DNA of 64,000 nt from Vicugna vicugna (lineage: Eukaryota): contig MU058844.1 in NCBI GenBank assembly GCA_013265495.1, forward strand, positions 11,988,184 through 12,052,183, written 5' to 3'. Both the position numbers and the translations under genes were made by a program. Shown here one piece after another: positions 25,271 to 40,149 of the stretch. The notes under the pieces were generated by a model. The model had not been told where the DNA came from, searched no databases, and saw nothing but the letters and a program-made list of their open reading frames with translations. Position 1 is the first letter of the stretch. Each line of letters opens with the position of its first letter.

Positions 25271-26799
25271 TGTGACTAAAATGACATGTTGCTCAGAGAT
25301 GGCCAGAATGAACCAGACAGTTAAATACAATTATAAACGCAGTAAATCTCCAGTGTTCTTAAGGTAGGTTTCCCCCTACTAGAGACAACTTTAAAATTCA
25401 GTGCGTTATTTTCCTCATTATTCATCTGCCAGACAAATGTAGATGTCAGAGAGCCAATTAGAACTATGTGAATACGACAAATATTCAAGTTACCATATAC
25501 ATAGCACAGCAAATACCCTTCGTATTTGTATAGGTTGGTTTATTTCTTTCAGAAACATCTTTTTTTTGACATGATAAGAATGTGCTAAAAATAAATATAA
25601 ATTATGGAGGGATCTGTTCAATAAGTCTTCACTTAATAGCTACTAGATGTCTGTAACGGAATCGAAAATAAAATTGGGAGGACATAGTCTTACCCACAAG
25701 GCAATCTCAGTCTATTGCGAAGTCCGTCTGAGCAGGTACAATAAATGAACTGCCGCAACTTGAGGAGTACAAATAAGGAAGTCATGCCAACATATCCTAC
25801 AATTCATGCTTAGTACAATTGATCATTTCCTTGGAAAACTTTTTTGTTAACGTCCCACAAGAAAATAATACGCTACCACAAGACTCTTAGAATTAGATAA
25901 ACCACAAAAATATTCACAGCAACCTTTTACACTCTCAAGCACAGTCTGTAACAGTCCACTTAGAGAAATCAGGCTGTCAGAGACCACCCTGCAAACTTTT
26001 CACTGTTGTCCAAATTGCACGTTTATGAGAAAGACAGTTAAACCACCCAAACATATAATGCACATGCCAGACACGTTAGGTAAGAAACGAGCCAAATGAC
26101 TGTATTTACCCTAATCAGGACTGCGTTCCAATCAGTAGGATCTTATACCACAGATGGATTTTGCAAGCATTAGATTGTTAATGAATTCTTTCTATTCTCA
26201 TAAATTGGGTTTTCCTTACTTGACACTTATTAAAGAAAAACTGCATTTAAGAAAAAGAATAGATGATTACAAATGATATGAAGTCAAAACAATTATCCTA
26301 TTGCTTATCGCTTGGTTTTCATTTTGAACTTCAGTAAGGAGGTCCTGGAAACAAGCCTTCTAACCTTCAGTCCATGTGCGAAAAGTGTCCCATTTCTTCT
26401 TCCTTTTCTTTTATTGACTCACTTGCCTGTTGCCATCTATGTGTTTTATGCCCAGAGCAGCCTGGCCTGGCACTTTAGTGCCCTAAAACCCAGCAGCGAA
26501 CTTCCTCTGACTGGGGAACATTCTTTCCAAGTAAATATCCAGGCTGTTCTGCCAGATGTTCAACTAACAAAATCAATTACTGTACAGTATCTCTGGCCAG
26601 TCTTGCCGCCAGCAGACCATTACGATACACAAGAATTTTTGACAAGTCAGTGGAAACTGGTTAAAATAATTGGGTACATTTATTTTAAACACTGGAAGAA
26701 GGGCTAAGCTCTTTCTTCTTTTTTCTTAGCACAGATAGACGATTATAGAAGACGTTCCCAGACTCTCTTCTGCGTGACAATATTTTCAGTACAACAGAC

Positions 26800-28400
26800 C
26801 AGCTACTTCCTCATCCCCCTCCTCCCCCGCGGGCTACAGGAATGATTAAATAAAGTATCTGTAATTGTAAATGCGTGAGATAACACCCGTAAATCTGCTG
26901 CTAAAAGACATAAAATTTATTAGCATCTTTTTTGTTGTTTCAACAGCATAGGTCTTAGTAGGGCTTTCCTTTGAGGATTGTGTTAGTCACCAGCATTAAG
27001 TTGATCTGCTGGCTGAAAACGAGAAGAGAAATAAATCACGTGAAATTGGTTCAACAATTAGTGACCAAATCTTTTGTGACAGAAGCTGTGCCAGTGTATA
27101 TGTAGTTTCATACACTCCAGATTGCAAAGGCAGAAGAATCACGTGACATTAGGGAGAAGGTGAACTATTGAGAAAAGTGCCTAACACATTTGACAACTTA
27201 ACAAGCTATAAACATCTAATTTCTCTTCCTTCTACCCAGAATGTCCCCTTCCCCCAAGAAATCACACACACACACACACACAAAATCGATAATATTTCGG
27301 CTATCTGGGAAAGAAACGGGGAGAGAGAGTGGGGAAGAAAGAAAGAAAAAGAGGAAGAGAAGTGGGGGGAGAGATTGAGAGCAATAGAGAAGTCAAATAT
27401 GTTAGCATAAGATATAATAAGCTTTACATCGTTTAAAACCTAAGGGGTAAAAATATACATGCGCACGCACATGCGCACCATACACACGCTCCGTAGAGTG
27501 AATGAATGTTAACAGTGTTGGTGTGACACTGGCATTCCTTCTCAACAGATCCATTACTTTGTGAACTGTTATCATTTCTAGGCATCCGAGGGCGATCTGG
27601 GTTTGCCTTTTCTCTGCGAGGCCCAGAAAGCTGCTCTGAAAGCTGGCTTCCGTCCTTGCTGCAGGCGACAGGAAGGCAGGGCTGCGAGCGTGGCGCAGCA
27701 CCAAGCCTGTAACTCCGAGACTCGTGCCACTTAGAAGCTCAGTTTCTCCCACCTCCATCTGCTGCTCAAGAAGAATTAGATCCCAATTGTCCAGGCCACT
27801 GAGAAAGGATATTTGTAGAATTTCTCTGGTATTTCCTAAGGCCTCCGGTCTTCCCATTCAAATATCCGCATTTTCTTTTCATTCAGTAGGCTTCGCTAAA
27901 CACAAATCTGACACTGTGGGAAATGGTCTGATACAGGCTGGAGAAGTTCAGAATACTCAGGATACGGGCAACCTGGGTAATTGGCTGCCCGAGACGATCA
28001 TTCAGCCCAGATATTTAGGAGAATTTAGAAGAATTTTGCAAGTTAGCCAACGTGAACAAGTACAACATATGTTGCAGCACCAACCAAGATACCAGACCAA
28101 AGACCAGGAACAACTGTTAGGCTGCAAGGCATAATCTGATTATCTTCATTAAGGAAGGTCAGAAAATAAATCCCCCCTTGAGGCTCTGCTGTCTTACAAA
28201 AAGGATTGGGTGGGCATGACGGGACTCCTGTCGCAAAGGGAAAGGGCAAGGAGCTTCGGCAACTAAAGGTTCAGATTAACACAAAGGGTATCTCTTTATT
28301 CAACCATAACAATGTTCACAGGAGACCAAAGAATGACCTACGACACGTGACACACATCTACAACAACAGAGCATCCTGAAACTGATCTATGACCTCCCCA
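26800..28400. promoter_or_regulatory. Candidate intronic promoter or enhancer (CpG-enriched unique sequence, E-boxes, NRF1-like motif)
   Basis: CACGTG at 27037, 27140 and 28344; tgcgcacgcacatgcgca at 27460-27477; locally raised CpG at 27460-27860; no recognisable TE. Confidence 0.35.
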
Positions 28401-30199
28401 GGGCCCATCATGCAGCAAATCCTAAGCAGCCTTAGCAAAATTCACCTAGGCCCTCTCTAGGTGACCCTTGAGGCAGAGTGTGGACAGTGCCCCGTCAGCC
28501 CCAGCCAGCTTCCAACCCCATGTTGACTTTCAATAAGCCTCCTAATGACAGGCAGCAGCTGGCCTTCAATTTTCTGATCAGGAAACCTGGGAGGAAAGCC
28601 CATGAGCTAGGCAGGATCCAAATCTAGTTTTGGAGCCAGACATTGTGCAAACCACCTGCAGTGTCGGCTCATTAAGAAGCCCAGAATTTACAGTTTCTAA
28701 CAAAGATGCAGCAACCTACCAATGAATCCCATTTCAGAAGCCGAGCTTCAACAAAAAAGCGTATTTTACAATTCACAAACCATCTCAGAAATCCATAATA
28801 TTCTTTATATTTTCCTAAAAATTGGGTAGACTTCCTTATCAATAATAAAGTAAATATGATATTGTGCTTTGACACTTTGATGCATTTGGATATATACAAA
28901 CGTACACATACACATACCTAAATCCAAATTTATATAAATACATAGGTAGGATATATATAGGATTGCATTCATTTTTAGTTATGCACATATCAAATAATCT
29001 GCTTTATGTTTAAGTGCTTTTGAAATCAAATAACACATCTGAATATGGCTGATCAAACTATTATGCATAAGGTTTCCCAACCACTCAATTTATCTCCATT
29101 GGCTGATTCCAGAAATCAGTAGCATCAGCTTCCTCAGTTTCTCCCATCTATGTAGACTTGACTTTATTGACTGCATATTTTATAAATTTTCCAGAATTAT
29201 CTCCAACTTCAAAATTTGTACAAAGTAACTACATAAGGAACATCACAAGCACTCCCCCCATGCTGTATAACTCTAAAAACCTACAAAAGAAATTTGGCTG
29301 CTGAGATGTATCCTATTGTCCACAAAAGCAAATTAAATAGACAAATATCTTTGAATGTATTTAAGAGGGATATTTAAAACAATTGGGAGTTTAAGAAAAC
29401 TGTGACTTTAATGAGCAGTGAATTTAAGAAAAAAATAACTACTATACATGAGGAGAACAGTATTTACATCAGATACTTTCTGCTTTCTCCCCCAATTTCC
29501 CAGTTATGTGACTATGAGAAGCATCAGAAGAACCAACTGGGTAGGTCCCCACTGCCCGTTTGTATTAGTTCCTCCTCTTCCTGTTTCCCGTGAGCCATTC
29601 CTTCACAGTGAGCTCTACACACTATGGCTTATCGTCCTTATTATCACTCCACCTAATGAGGTGGGCACTGCTGTGCCTCCCATCTTTCAGACAAACTGAA
29701 GCTAAGAGGGCTATGACCACACTGAAGAGAGCGTCATTCTGGCACTCACACCCAGATCTGGAGGACTCTGCAAACTTCTCTGCTCATCACGATAAAATTC
29801 TATGTCTATTCACAAATTCCACATAAGTTTCTATGGGTAAAGTCTTGATGACCAATCTCCAGGAATGAGCACATTGCTATGAATAATCAAAATTACAAGT
29901 GTCAGGTCTTAACTTCATTCCTCCTGCTGGGGTATCAGCTACTGAATCTTCTTAACTTACTCATGGAGGGAGGTCCTGAAGAAAAGGCAGGTTAGAAGCT
30001 GAACCCATCACTGATGAAGCATACACCTTCCCATCCTCCAGGTGCCATCGTCTGACCTAACATGCCAAATGCAGATACAGGTATCCCACCTCTTCTCGGA
30101 GTTGTTATTTACCCTATGGAATGATGACTCTAGACCTAGACAGCTTTTTCTTCCCTGCAGACTGTTGGTCTTGTATCACTCAGGGATTACAGTAACCAC

Positions 30200-30425
30200 T
30201 AAACCTAACCCACGCCACCTGCTTACTCTGTTCCAAGTTTACATGAGTTGTCTTCCTTCTCAACAACCCTGTGAGGAAAGACGATTATCCACCCCATTTT
30301 ACAGATATGGAAACTCAAACACAAAGATTAAGCTATTTGATGATCAAGGTGATTCAGCTAGGATAGAGCAGAACTGGTGTTCACAACCAACCTGCCCAAC
30401 TCCAGAGTTCATGCTCTTAACATCC
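30200..30425 (-). mobile_element. MIR SINE
   Basis: caacaaccctgtgagg...attatccaccccattttacagatatggaaact. Confidence 0.8.
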
Positions 30426-30811
30426 AAAGTTTGTAGAACATATGTGGTGGACACCTAAATTCAAAGTTAGTTTAAGATGTTCCATATCGTGGCTATTCAT
30501 ATAGTTTCTATGTGAAAAATAAGGCTTCAGCAAGAGACTCTATACTTTCGATGGTAAAACTCAAAGAGATCAAATATGGATTAAAACTATACTCTCCAGA
30601 GTCCACTGACATCATTGTCAGGAACAAGGGTATTGTGGTCCTTCTCAGGGCCCCTTGGACAATTATCCTCTTCCATAAACACAGGACTTTAGCAGCAGCA
30701 ATTCCTCACCACCCTACACGCCACTCCACTAAGTATCACAAGAGTCCAGAAACGGGAAGAAATTCTCTCCATGAGAACATCGGGAAACAATTTCCAAGAA
30801 GAGTGTAATTT

Positions 30812-30950
30812 TAATTTTCTTTTTTTTCCAGTTTATTTTATTGAAGTCTAGTTGATTTACAATATTATATTAGTTCCAGGTGTACAACATAGTGACTCAA
30901 TAGTTTTATAGATTACACAGCATTTAAAGTTATTATAAAATAATGGCTTA
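30812..30950 (-). mobile_element. L1 3' end fragment (artiodactyl type)
   Basis: ttttattgaagtctagttgatttacaatattatattagttccaggtgtacaacatagtga. Confidence 0.8.
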
Positions 30951-32166
30951 ATTTTCTTTCCAACTGTGGCCCAAATACAAGCTAATAGTTTCACATCTTA
31001 AATCAGTAGGCTGATTTTTACTGTATATATAATATATATATGATATCTGAATATAAATGTAGCTGTGATTTTCACATATTCACATTTGGATACATACCAT
31101 GTATATGTGTACACACATAGTCCGTAGATCTAAGCATGAACAAATATTTGTAAATTTGGCCTTTTTAAGTGTACTTTTGCAATTTCCTTTTTACTAATGT
31201 CCAATATATCTGTTGGAACCCTTCATTTTACTATTGTCATCTACCAAATAGAGAAGATATATGCGATTTTAAAAAAGCATCCACATTTTCCTTATGTCAG
31301 GGAACTAACATTACAAACCCATTGTACACATGAGGAAAGTTGCAGCTCAGTGTGGTTAAGTCACTGAACCAATTTACAGAGCTATTAAGTAAGGGAGTCA
31401 GAATTTGAACTGTCTCTTAAATTGTCTGTCTCTTTCCATGGCCTGTGTTTTCCTACTGTTTAACGCTACCAAGATCTTCCGATAGGGGAAAAATGAGAAA
31501 AGGTTTCTTTCCTAAAACCATCTTTGTCTCAGGATTCTGATCCTTTATTTCCAGCTTCAGTTAATCCAGGCTGGCTTGGCTTTGATGAGCTTTGATGCTC
31601 CTATATCACCTGTAGAAGCTTAGGTTCTGGAATGTGAAGCTGCCTTTATTTAAAGCTCTAATGTATCACCCATCCGAGAATCTCTTCAGTTTGTTCCTAC
31701 CAGTCATTCCCAAGGCTTTAGTTTCCTGTGCCCAGTCCTAACTTACAACCCACTGCTTTCATCTTCTGCTGCTCAGGACTCAGATAGCTAGCTAAAACTC
31801 CATTTCAAAAGGGATTTACAATTCAAAACAGAAAATCAAATTACTTAATTTTGTTTTTCTCATCAAACAAAAAACAATATTGTGTTAAAATCATAATTTT
31901 GCTTTCAGGAAAAAGAAAAAATATTTTTATAATTCAGCCTTATATTTTTCATGTGAATAGCTTTCTTTATAATACTTAACCAAAATAAGATCTTTATTGG
32001 ACAGCAGGTTAGGATCACTAATTCATTTACTCAACAAACAGCATAGGGAGAGTCTGTACTAAGCCTGATGTTAGGCACTGGGCATACAGGGAGACCCAGG
32101 ACTTCAAGTGCTGAGCCCTTGTGGTTATAAGCAAAGGTCACTGTGAAGAGCTACAAGACAAGTTGG

Positions 32167-32319
32167 GTATTTTTTGTTTGTTTGGGGGGGTGGGTTTGAG
32201 CAGGGAGGCAATTAGGTTTATTTATTTATTTATTAATTTTTTACTGGAGGTACTGGGGATTGAACCCAGGACCTCTTGCATGCTAGACATGTGCTCTACC
32301 ACTGAGCTATACGCTCCCA
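32167..32319 (-). mobile_element. Camelid tRNA-derived SINE (Vic-1-like) with 16-bp TSD
   Basis: ggaggtactggggattgaacccaggacctc...tctaccactgagctata; TSD ctacaagaYaagttgg at 32151-32166 and 32320-32335. Confidence 0.9.
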
Positions 32320-33834
32320 CTACAAGATAAGTTGGAATGTGAATATCAACGTCTGAAATTGCCAAGGAGACAGCAAAGGAAGCTCAATTCAACTATTCTA
32401 GTGGGTGGTTCCAATCCTATCACTGGTCACATGTAACAGTAAACATATACTGGTTCAAAACATTAAGAAAGTTTCTCTGCATGTATTACATCTGGAATGA
32501 TTGGTTTATCTAAATGCAGGTTTAAAAAAGATGTGCAAATTATAAGCTGTTAAATATACTGAGCAAGCGTAATTTTAAAAAAATCTACCTGAAGGAATTG
32601 AAACAATTCGTGTGTGTGTGTGTGTGTGTGTCTTTGATCAGAGCTCTGACAGTAGGCATCACTATAACCTTGAGAAAGTTACACAGTCATTCTGGGCCTC
32701 AGATTTCTCATATTCAACCTGAACTATGCAATCTCTAAGATTTCTTTTTCTTTTTAGGCTTTAAAACTCTGTGTAACTATTACGTGGAACACATTCTTCA
32801 TCTACTAAGACTTAACATTCCTGGTATATTAAATATTCATGTACCTTGTATTATTATTTAAACTCCACGCTACTCTTTCATTTTTAGAGAACATAATGGC
32901 TTCACCATGCTTTTCTGGCACCCTTTTGGTTTTATACTTTGTACCTTGAGTGGTCTGATACTACCTGACTGAAAATGGGTTTCCATAATACATATTTTAG
33001 ACCAATACTGCCTGCAACAGAAACGTAAATAGCGATGCCTTTACTGATTGGCAAACATTTTACTTGTTCTAGCTTTAGTAAAATTTTTGTCTAAGAGGAG
33101 CTCAGGAAACATGCGGCTCTGTGGATCTTATCATTTGGCAAGAAGACCATCAGTAACAGATGAGTTGAACTACAATATAAATGGATATAATTATGACTTC
33201 AAATCATTTGCTAACTTGATGGGAAAATATTATGCATGTATTTTAGTAAGTATTTTAAAGTTCTTTTTGACCTCAGTACTTTTGCCCTGATACTAATTTG
33301 TTGTCTGACCTTACAATGTTCTGAGATTCGAAACAGTGTTTAACGCCCTGTGAGATCATGGAAAGCATTTTTGTAAAGTCTTCCTGTTGGTGTGATAGTG
33401 AAAATTTATTATCAAATTTATTATGGACAATAACTTATGATAATTCAATGTTTTCTTTATATGTAATGAGAAACTGATGATCTCACTCATTGCTCAATGC
33501 ATATTGCTTCTGAAGGTAGGGAGCTTTGGGTTTTTCCATATATGCAAAAATATGCAATATAAATACTTCAAATATTAATTTGGTAATTGGTCGAACTGAC
33601 CTTTAAGACTCTTTCAAACACTTTATTCATTAAATTTATGGCAGGAGAAGAAGTTACTGTCTTCTTCATCATGGAGCAATGATGGCCTCCCATTGCAATT
33701 TTGTGCACAAGAAAGATGACAAAATATCTCCTATAGTTGCTTTTTTCCCTCTGACTTTCATTGATCTAACTATGACTCTGATTACCCTAACATCCCATTC
33801 TCTAGTGCATTTTAACCAGGACAACATTTCAGCA

Positions 33835-34035
33835 GCAAAGGTCAACAGAACTTCCTGCCTCAATGAAAATGTTGTATGTGTGCTGTCCAATATGGCAGCC
33901 ACCAGCCACATGTGATGACTGACCACTTGAAGTACGGCCAGTGCAACTGAGGAATGGAATTCTTTATTTAATTTTAATTAATTTAAGCGGTAATAGCTAC
34001 AGTGGCTGGTAGATATTGTATCAGTAAGCACATAT
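33835..34035 (+). mobile_element. MER3-like hAT DNA transposon
   Basis: gtgctgtccaatatggcagccaccagccacatgtg...cacttgaa...gtgcaactgaggaa. Confidence 0.8.
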
Positions 34036-37000
34036 AGAGCATTCAAATCTTTTGTAAGCTCGGGTTGGTTTCTATTTTGCAATAGTTGTTCTAGTTTTAT
34101 TTTCTCTTGGAAATGATCCTAAATTTTTTATTAGGTGCTCTCTAAGACTTTCAGAAAAAACTAAATAACACTTCAGTTAATAGCATTCTATTAAAATTAA
34201 GTTCCCCTCTACAAAAGCCTATTTTTAATTATGTTTGTAAACAAGAGTATGAAAGGCCCATTATCTCTGAGAAAAAAATAAAACAGCAGTGTGTGCTAAT
34301 GGACCCCTAGTCTTTCTGAATATTGGAAAGAATCTAGCCACATAAAACAAGCATATAAAGGGCTGATTACATTTTCTTACTTGGGAAAGTGCTCTCCTAA
34401 GCACCAACAATAAAGTCTTTCTTCCAGGAAAGAATCCTAATACTTTTGGCCAATCAATATTATAAGACTTTAAAGAATAGAATTCATGTATAAGGATCTG
34501 GTGGTCAGTGTACATGTACATTACAAAATAACATCACAGCAAGTTTTGGAGACTAGACATGCATAATATTTCAGCGGTAAGGTCATCAACAAACCTACTG
34601 ACATCATGTATTTTAAAAGTAGTATGTCTCATCTGCGATTTTTTTTTTCATGTTTGTGTTCTTTCTTCCCTAGCAAGTGAGTTGTTGGAAATTATCTTGA
34701 AGTCACTGAAATGGACTCTGTCTAGTGTCCAAGGAAGTTTTACTAGAAGCACACTATCCAGGTCAAGAGAGTATAATCAAGCACATTGTGTTGGACAGTA
34801 GGGGGAAGAATGGTGTCTGGTATCTAAGGGTAAATGCCCAAAGAGGAGAGACCCTGGGAACAAGTCTGATGCAGCATCCCCGGTGTCAGCTGATACCTGG
34901 GAAGTAAGTATATGTACGTGACCTGAAAAGGAGGAACACTGAACTCTGTAGCTTGGAGACAAGATTGGAGGAGGAATGGGGATTAAGATCAAACAGGGCC
35001 CCATGGGCCATGTTAAGGAGAGTTCACATTGTACTCTGAATGCACTGAAAAGTCACTGAAGGGTTTTAGGAAGACAAGACTGGAAGCACTGTGCATTAAA
35101 AAAATCACTGTTACACTCATGAATACTCTTAGTGTCACATAGGCTAGACCACTGATTTAGTACCTGATAATGACTATGGAAGACATTTCATAAATGGCAA
35201 GTGCTCCGGAAAAGGCACTGTATTTTTTTTTTAACATTACTGTGTACTTTTCCCCCAAAGCATGTGGAAATTACTGCATCAGTTCATAATAACATAAAAA
35301 TATTTTACAGAGCAAAGCAGACTAAGACATTAATTACAAAATTCATGTGGTTTTTAAAGTTTAACCCTAAATCTTTCCCCAGTGTTAATGAGAAAAATAC
35401 ATATATATACAAGGTGTTGTTTATCTGTTATCTGCAAACATTACAATCTGCCCATACCAGCAACTGTTACAAGAGAGAAGCCCTTCTTAACTGAGACAGA
35501 GTAAGGTCAAACTTCTACACTATACCCAACAATGTTGCTTAATCAAACAGCTGGTAAGAACTCAGAGGAGAACATGTAATTTTAATGAAAAATATAAAGT
35601 AGGAAATTAACTACCAGCAGCAAAACATGAAAAACAAGCAAGAAAACTAATGTGGTTTCGGTCACCCTCCTAAGAAGAGGCAGCCTTGCCTGAGAACGGC
35701 ACATGCACATTTTGAGAAGTACCCTACAGCTATGAGCATGCGCGAAAACATGGACATTAGGAAAATGTGATGCTTGTCACCACAGCATTATTGAAAACTA
35801 TTATCGAAGTAGAAAATCAGAAGGGTCATTTAAACAGAATACTATTCTCATCTTCATTCTGCATCTCACAAATCAAACATACAGTAAGGTAGTCCAAAGA
35901 TGGGCACAGATACAGTTAATTTTTTTCTTAATATTCCCTCAAAAATGATATGGAGATGCCTTGAAATGGCTAGCAGTCTTACCTCTGGGATGGGCTCTAC
36001 TTCCCATTCATTTCCGCCAGGATGAACAAATTCTGAATGTGAATGTGTTCCAACAGAACATCCTGCCTCACTCCAGGAGAGCAAGGCAGCTCACATACCT
36101 GCATGTACTCACATGTGTCGCTGGCACAGCCAGGAGACCCGGGAGCCAAGCTTTTCTGGTTATTTGGTGGTGGATGAGGCTGTCAAGATTGGGAAGCTGA
36201 GATGGAATGTGGCCCTACCTGTGTGGACTGGTGATTTTTCTCTGTGTAGCCCATCAAATTTAAATGTGACCTGTGTTCTTTACAACATATTTTCCAACAA
36301 TTAAACGAAGCTTCCTGATGTGATTTAATGAAATCCGTCACCTTTCATCAGACAAAAAACCTCGAATCTAAGTCCCCAAATGTGACAAGGCTAATGTGAC
36401 CAAACCAGTTTGAATGCCCACAAAAAACTGCAGTTTTCCAAACCTGGACTCTCATTTTTCATACCTTTTTGAAGTCTTTTTGCTCAAAGAAAGTATACCA
36501 TACCCAGACTGATGGAGCATAAAAATTGAATAGAAAACTAGAAAGGCCTCTGAAAATTTATATCCTTCCAGCAGACTTTTAACAAAACATTAATAAATTT
36601 GATGTTCTTAAGAAAGAAGTGAAATTACTTGAGATATAATTTCCATGCACATAGAAAAGATGCTAAATATAGGTAGATGAAAATTTAAAATAAAATCATA
36701 GACCACTAAGTAAAATAAAAAAAATGCAACCTGGTGAGTTCTTTGACTTTGGGCCAGTCCTTCCCGAGAACAGACATGAAGAGTATGTGACCTACAGCTC
36801 CACAGAGTTGCAAGAGTAGGCAGAAATGCAAGGAAATGTGCTTTTTATAAACTACAGTCTGCTACTTAAATATTAGGAATATTTAATTCAATTATATTCA
36901 GAAAATATTCAGTTAGGAGCCTAACCTACTTTATTAATACAAAGAGGTGATGAATGTACATGGATAAACTCATTAGTAATACAGTTACTAATGTAAGTGT

Positions 37001-38524
37001 AGTAACACTTACTGTTACCTACCCACAAGCACTAGTAGGCACTCCATAAATACACAAATACACATTGAATTCGGCCAAAATACTGTATCATTTAAATTTG
37101 TGTACAATTTGTAAATTGGTAATTTTTACCTTCAAACAAAAGATTACACTAAGATACAATATATAATACAACTAAGAGTAGCATTGCTAACCTGAATACT
37201 AACCTCCATCTCTGTCTCTGAATTGATGACTTTTCTAAACCTGGTTAGTTAACTGGAAGACAGCAAGCAAAGTGTAGGGCCTTCTGAGCAGACTGTAGAA
37301 AATTCTTAGCCAAGAGTGTATCTGTTGGGCACTGATGAACTATGTTACCACGATGCAAAAATGCTCACAAGAAATAGCTCCTAAACCAGCAATATAATAT
37401 TGCACATTTTAATATATCCTAACCAATTACAATGCCCAGTGTAATATGTGTTGAGAAGCATTTATAAAGGAGTTTATTCTACAAAATATGAAAAAATGAC
37501 TACAGAGAATGATTCCAAAAGTGATTAAAAGGTATATTTTTTATTGCATTATTGCTTGGCATTGACATCTCCAGATTCAAACTGGAGCACAATAATCGTG
37601 CTGTTCTATGAAACATAGAAATGATCGACTATACAAAATTTATTTTTAAGTCAAGGAAAAACCAATGCATATGGGACAGAGTCCTAAAATTGATTTTCAA
37701 GTCAGTTGGTGAAAACTGTGAGTGTGCTGCTCATATATATCATGTAACAGAAGCCGCTTAGGATCCCAAGCCAATTGAAAAAACTTCCTAGTGCAGCTCA
37801 AAAATCGAGTAAGAGCAGTCTCCCTTAACTCCTGTAAAATCCTCTAAGCTCTCTTGATCCCCAAGTTACACTGAGGAGGAGGATCAAGCTTGGGGAAATA
37901 AGGCAGAAAAATTATAAATATACTACTAGACTGTAAATATGCTAGAAGCAAGCACCGCATCTCATTAACGTATCTCCCTCCATGCTGTTTTACACATATT
38001 TTCAAACATTCACAAAAGTGGAAATAATTTTACAGTGAACATCTATATACCTACCACTAGACTCTACAATTAACATACTTCTGGTTTGCTTTATCACCTA
38101 TCTTTGCAATACATAATTTTACATTCTCTATCTCACTTTGGAGATGATAAAGCATCAGTTGATGTATTAAGGATTTGTCTTATGTCTCTCCCTTTGAAAA
38201 CAGAAACAAAACCACACTAATGTTTAGAATTTAGAAGGTAAATTTTTATTTATAATTACCATGAATTAAGGATAACTTGTACTTGTCAACATGCCAGGGC
38301 CAGAAAGTGTTTTGGTTTATCAAATTTGTCATCTTATGGGAAAAAAAAAGCTTGAACTCACAGACTTCTTCTAACCAGCTCCAGGGTTAAGCTCTAGTCA
38401 CATGTGGCTGACCTTGTACCCATATTTTAAGATGAATATTCTGGGCACCAATTAGCCTCTCACTCCCTCTAGGAAACAGGCAAACTGAGCAGTGGCCTCA
38501 GAGGAACTGCTAACACCAAGTCCA

Positions 38525-38529
<5 letters not shown>

Positions 38530-38560
<31 letters not shown>
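38530..38560. repeat. (GT)n microsatellite
   Basis: Run of gt dinucleotides. Confidence 0.95.
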
Positions 38561-38563
<3 letters not shown>

Positions 38564-39939
38564 AAATCAAGAAGCCCTTCACCATTTGGAGAGTCTGGTG
38601 TTAAGACTGTTTAAATTGTTTCCTAAATGCAGGTGGGAGACAGAAGTCTCAAATGAGCTGCTGTGATTGGAGCTAACGCAGAAGTCATTCAGCATCAGTA
38701 TTTCCAGGTTCTCATAGGAAATCAAATGTTGAGAAGGGAGTAACACTTCTGCCCTTCAGCTTACCTTCCAGCCTCTGCCCACAGAGGAGAGACCATGTCC
38801 AACTTCTTATTCACCCCTAAGAGCCACCAACTGAGTATTTCCTACAAGTGAGGTTCTGTTCCAAACTCTTTGTACATGATTATTTTCACTACTCCCGTTT
38901 GATGAAATAACACAAATGCAAAAATGAGGCGAAGACAGAAGTTGGGTAATTTGACAATGTGCCAAAGCCAAGACTCAAACTCAGGTAGTCACTCTACATC
39001 CTTTGCTCCCATTCCCTACACTCCCTACAGATCTTCCCAAAGACATTGCTAGCTCTCTGGGCAAGTCCTGAGTGAGAGAGCAGGCCATGTTTAATTACTG
39101 GGCAGTGTTTCTTCTGCACAAGGTAGGGTTATGAATCTCACCACTTTTTCCCATTGTATTGCTCATTTGTGGTGAGCTCATGTATATGGCTCCTCCTCTT
39201 TGGGAAAGTTCTCTCCGTCCATCATCATCCACACAACTAACTTGGTTAATATTTTCAGGTCTGCTCAGTGGAGAAATGATCTCAGATTTGAGAAACTAGA
39301 AAACCCAGATTTGGCTTCTGGACCTAAGGAACCACAGCTTCTCAAAAAAGATCTACTTGAGGGTAGTTCAGAATCATATATATGAGATATACATAGATAT
39401 GTATACACACACACACACTCTTTTATAATGCTACTCCCTTGTTCTCATTTATCCATTGTTTTGGATCTGTTTCTCTTCCTCAGCAGGGAAACTCAGAGGT
39501 AAAGAGGAGTGAATGGGAGGATTTCACATAAAAACTCACCCCAAATCCCAAACACCAGATTCAATGAATGACTCATAATTGTCTTTTGTTTGCTTTTTAG
39601 TGAATGGGGGAAAAGGCAGGAGCTGAAAAAAGGGGCTGGCAACTCCTTCAGCAACTGCTTGGGACAATTTCAGCTGCAGAGGCCATCGACAATGGTGTGA
39701 TGGTGGGAGCCCGCAGCAGTGTCCTAGGAGTGGCTCACCTGTCAACTGAGTGTTTATAAGTCAGGATCAACCATATGGTACAAACGTTGATGTTATCCTC
39801 TTTCTGGGGTATGCACTTTGGATATCCGAGAATAAAATAGGAATGAATAAAAAGCACAGAAGAATTCTTGAAAGTTTGAAATTCCAAGCAGCTGTACTAA
39901 CATAGAGTCAAATACCAACCCAGAACTCTCAATACAGAA

Positions 39940-40140
39940 TGTCTTTAGTTTAGGTTTCCCCAGAGCAGACCAGAAATAATGATTCAAAAGCAAGTAGTCA
40001 ATTTGGCTGTTGAGTCCAGGAAATACTAGGAAAGAAGTCAGGAAGGGAGATAAGAGCCAGAAGATAGAAAATGAAGGGCGTCTTATCACAGGAGTAGGTA
40101 ACAAGAGCTTAATCCCACTGAGGACCTCCCAGGCATGGTC
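39940..40140. mobile_element. Old ERVL-class LTR fragment
   Basis: tgtc...ggtttccccagagcagacc...gattcaaaagcaagtagt...tttgg...ccaggaa resembles LTR40/LTR50-type ends. Confidence 0.5.
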
Positions 40141-40149
40141 CCTCAGGCA

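Noticed and set aside
32250..32319. tRNA-like A and B boxes
   Set aside because: Part of a tRNA-derived SINE with tail and TSD, not a tRNA gene.
35983..36180. Minus-strand donors (GAG|GTAAGA at 35983/35982, CAG|GTATGT near 36098) with a short ORF
   Set aside because: No convincing acceptor or recognisable peptide; such donors occur by chance in large introns.
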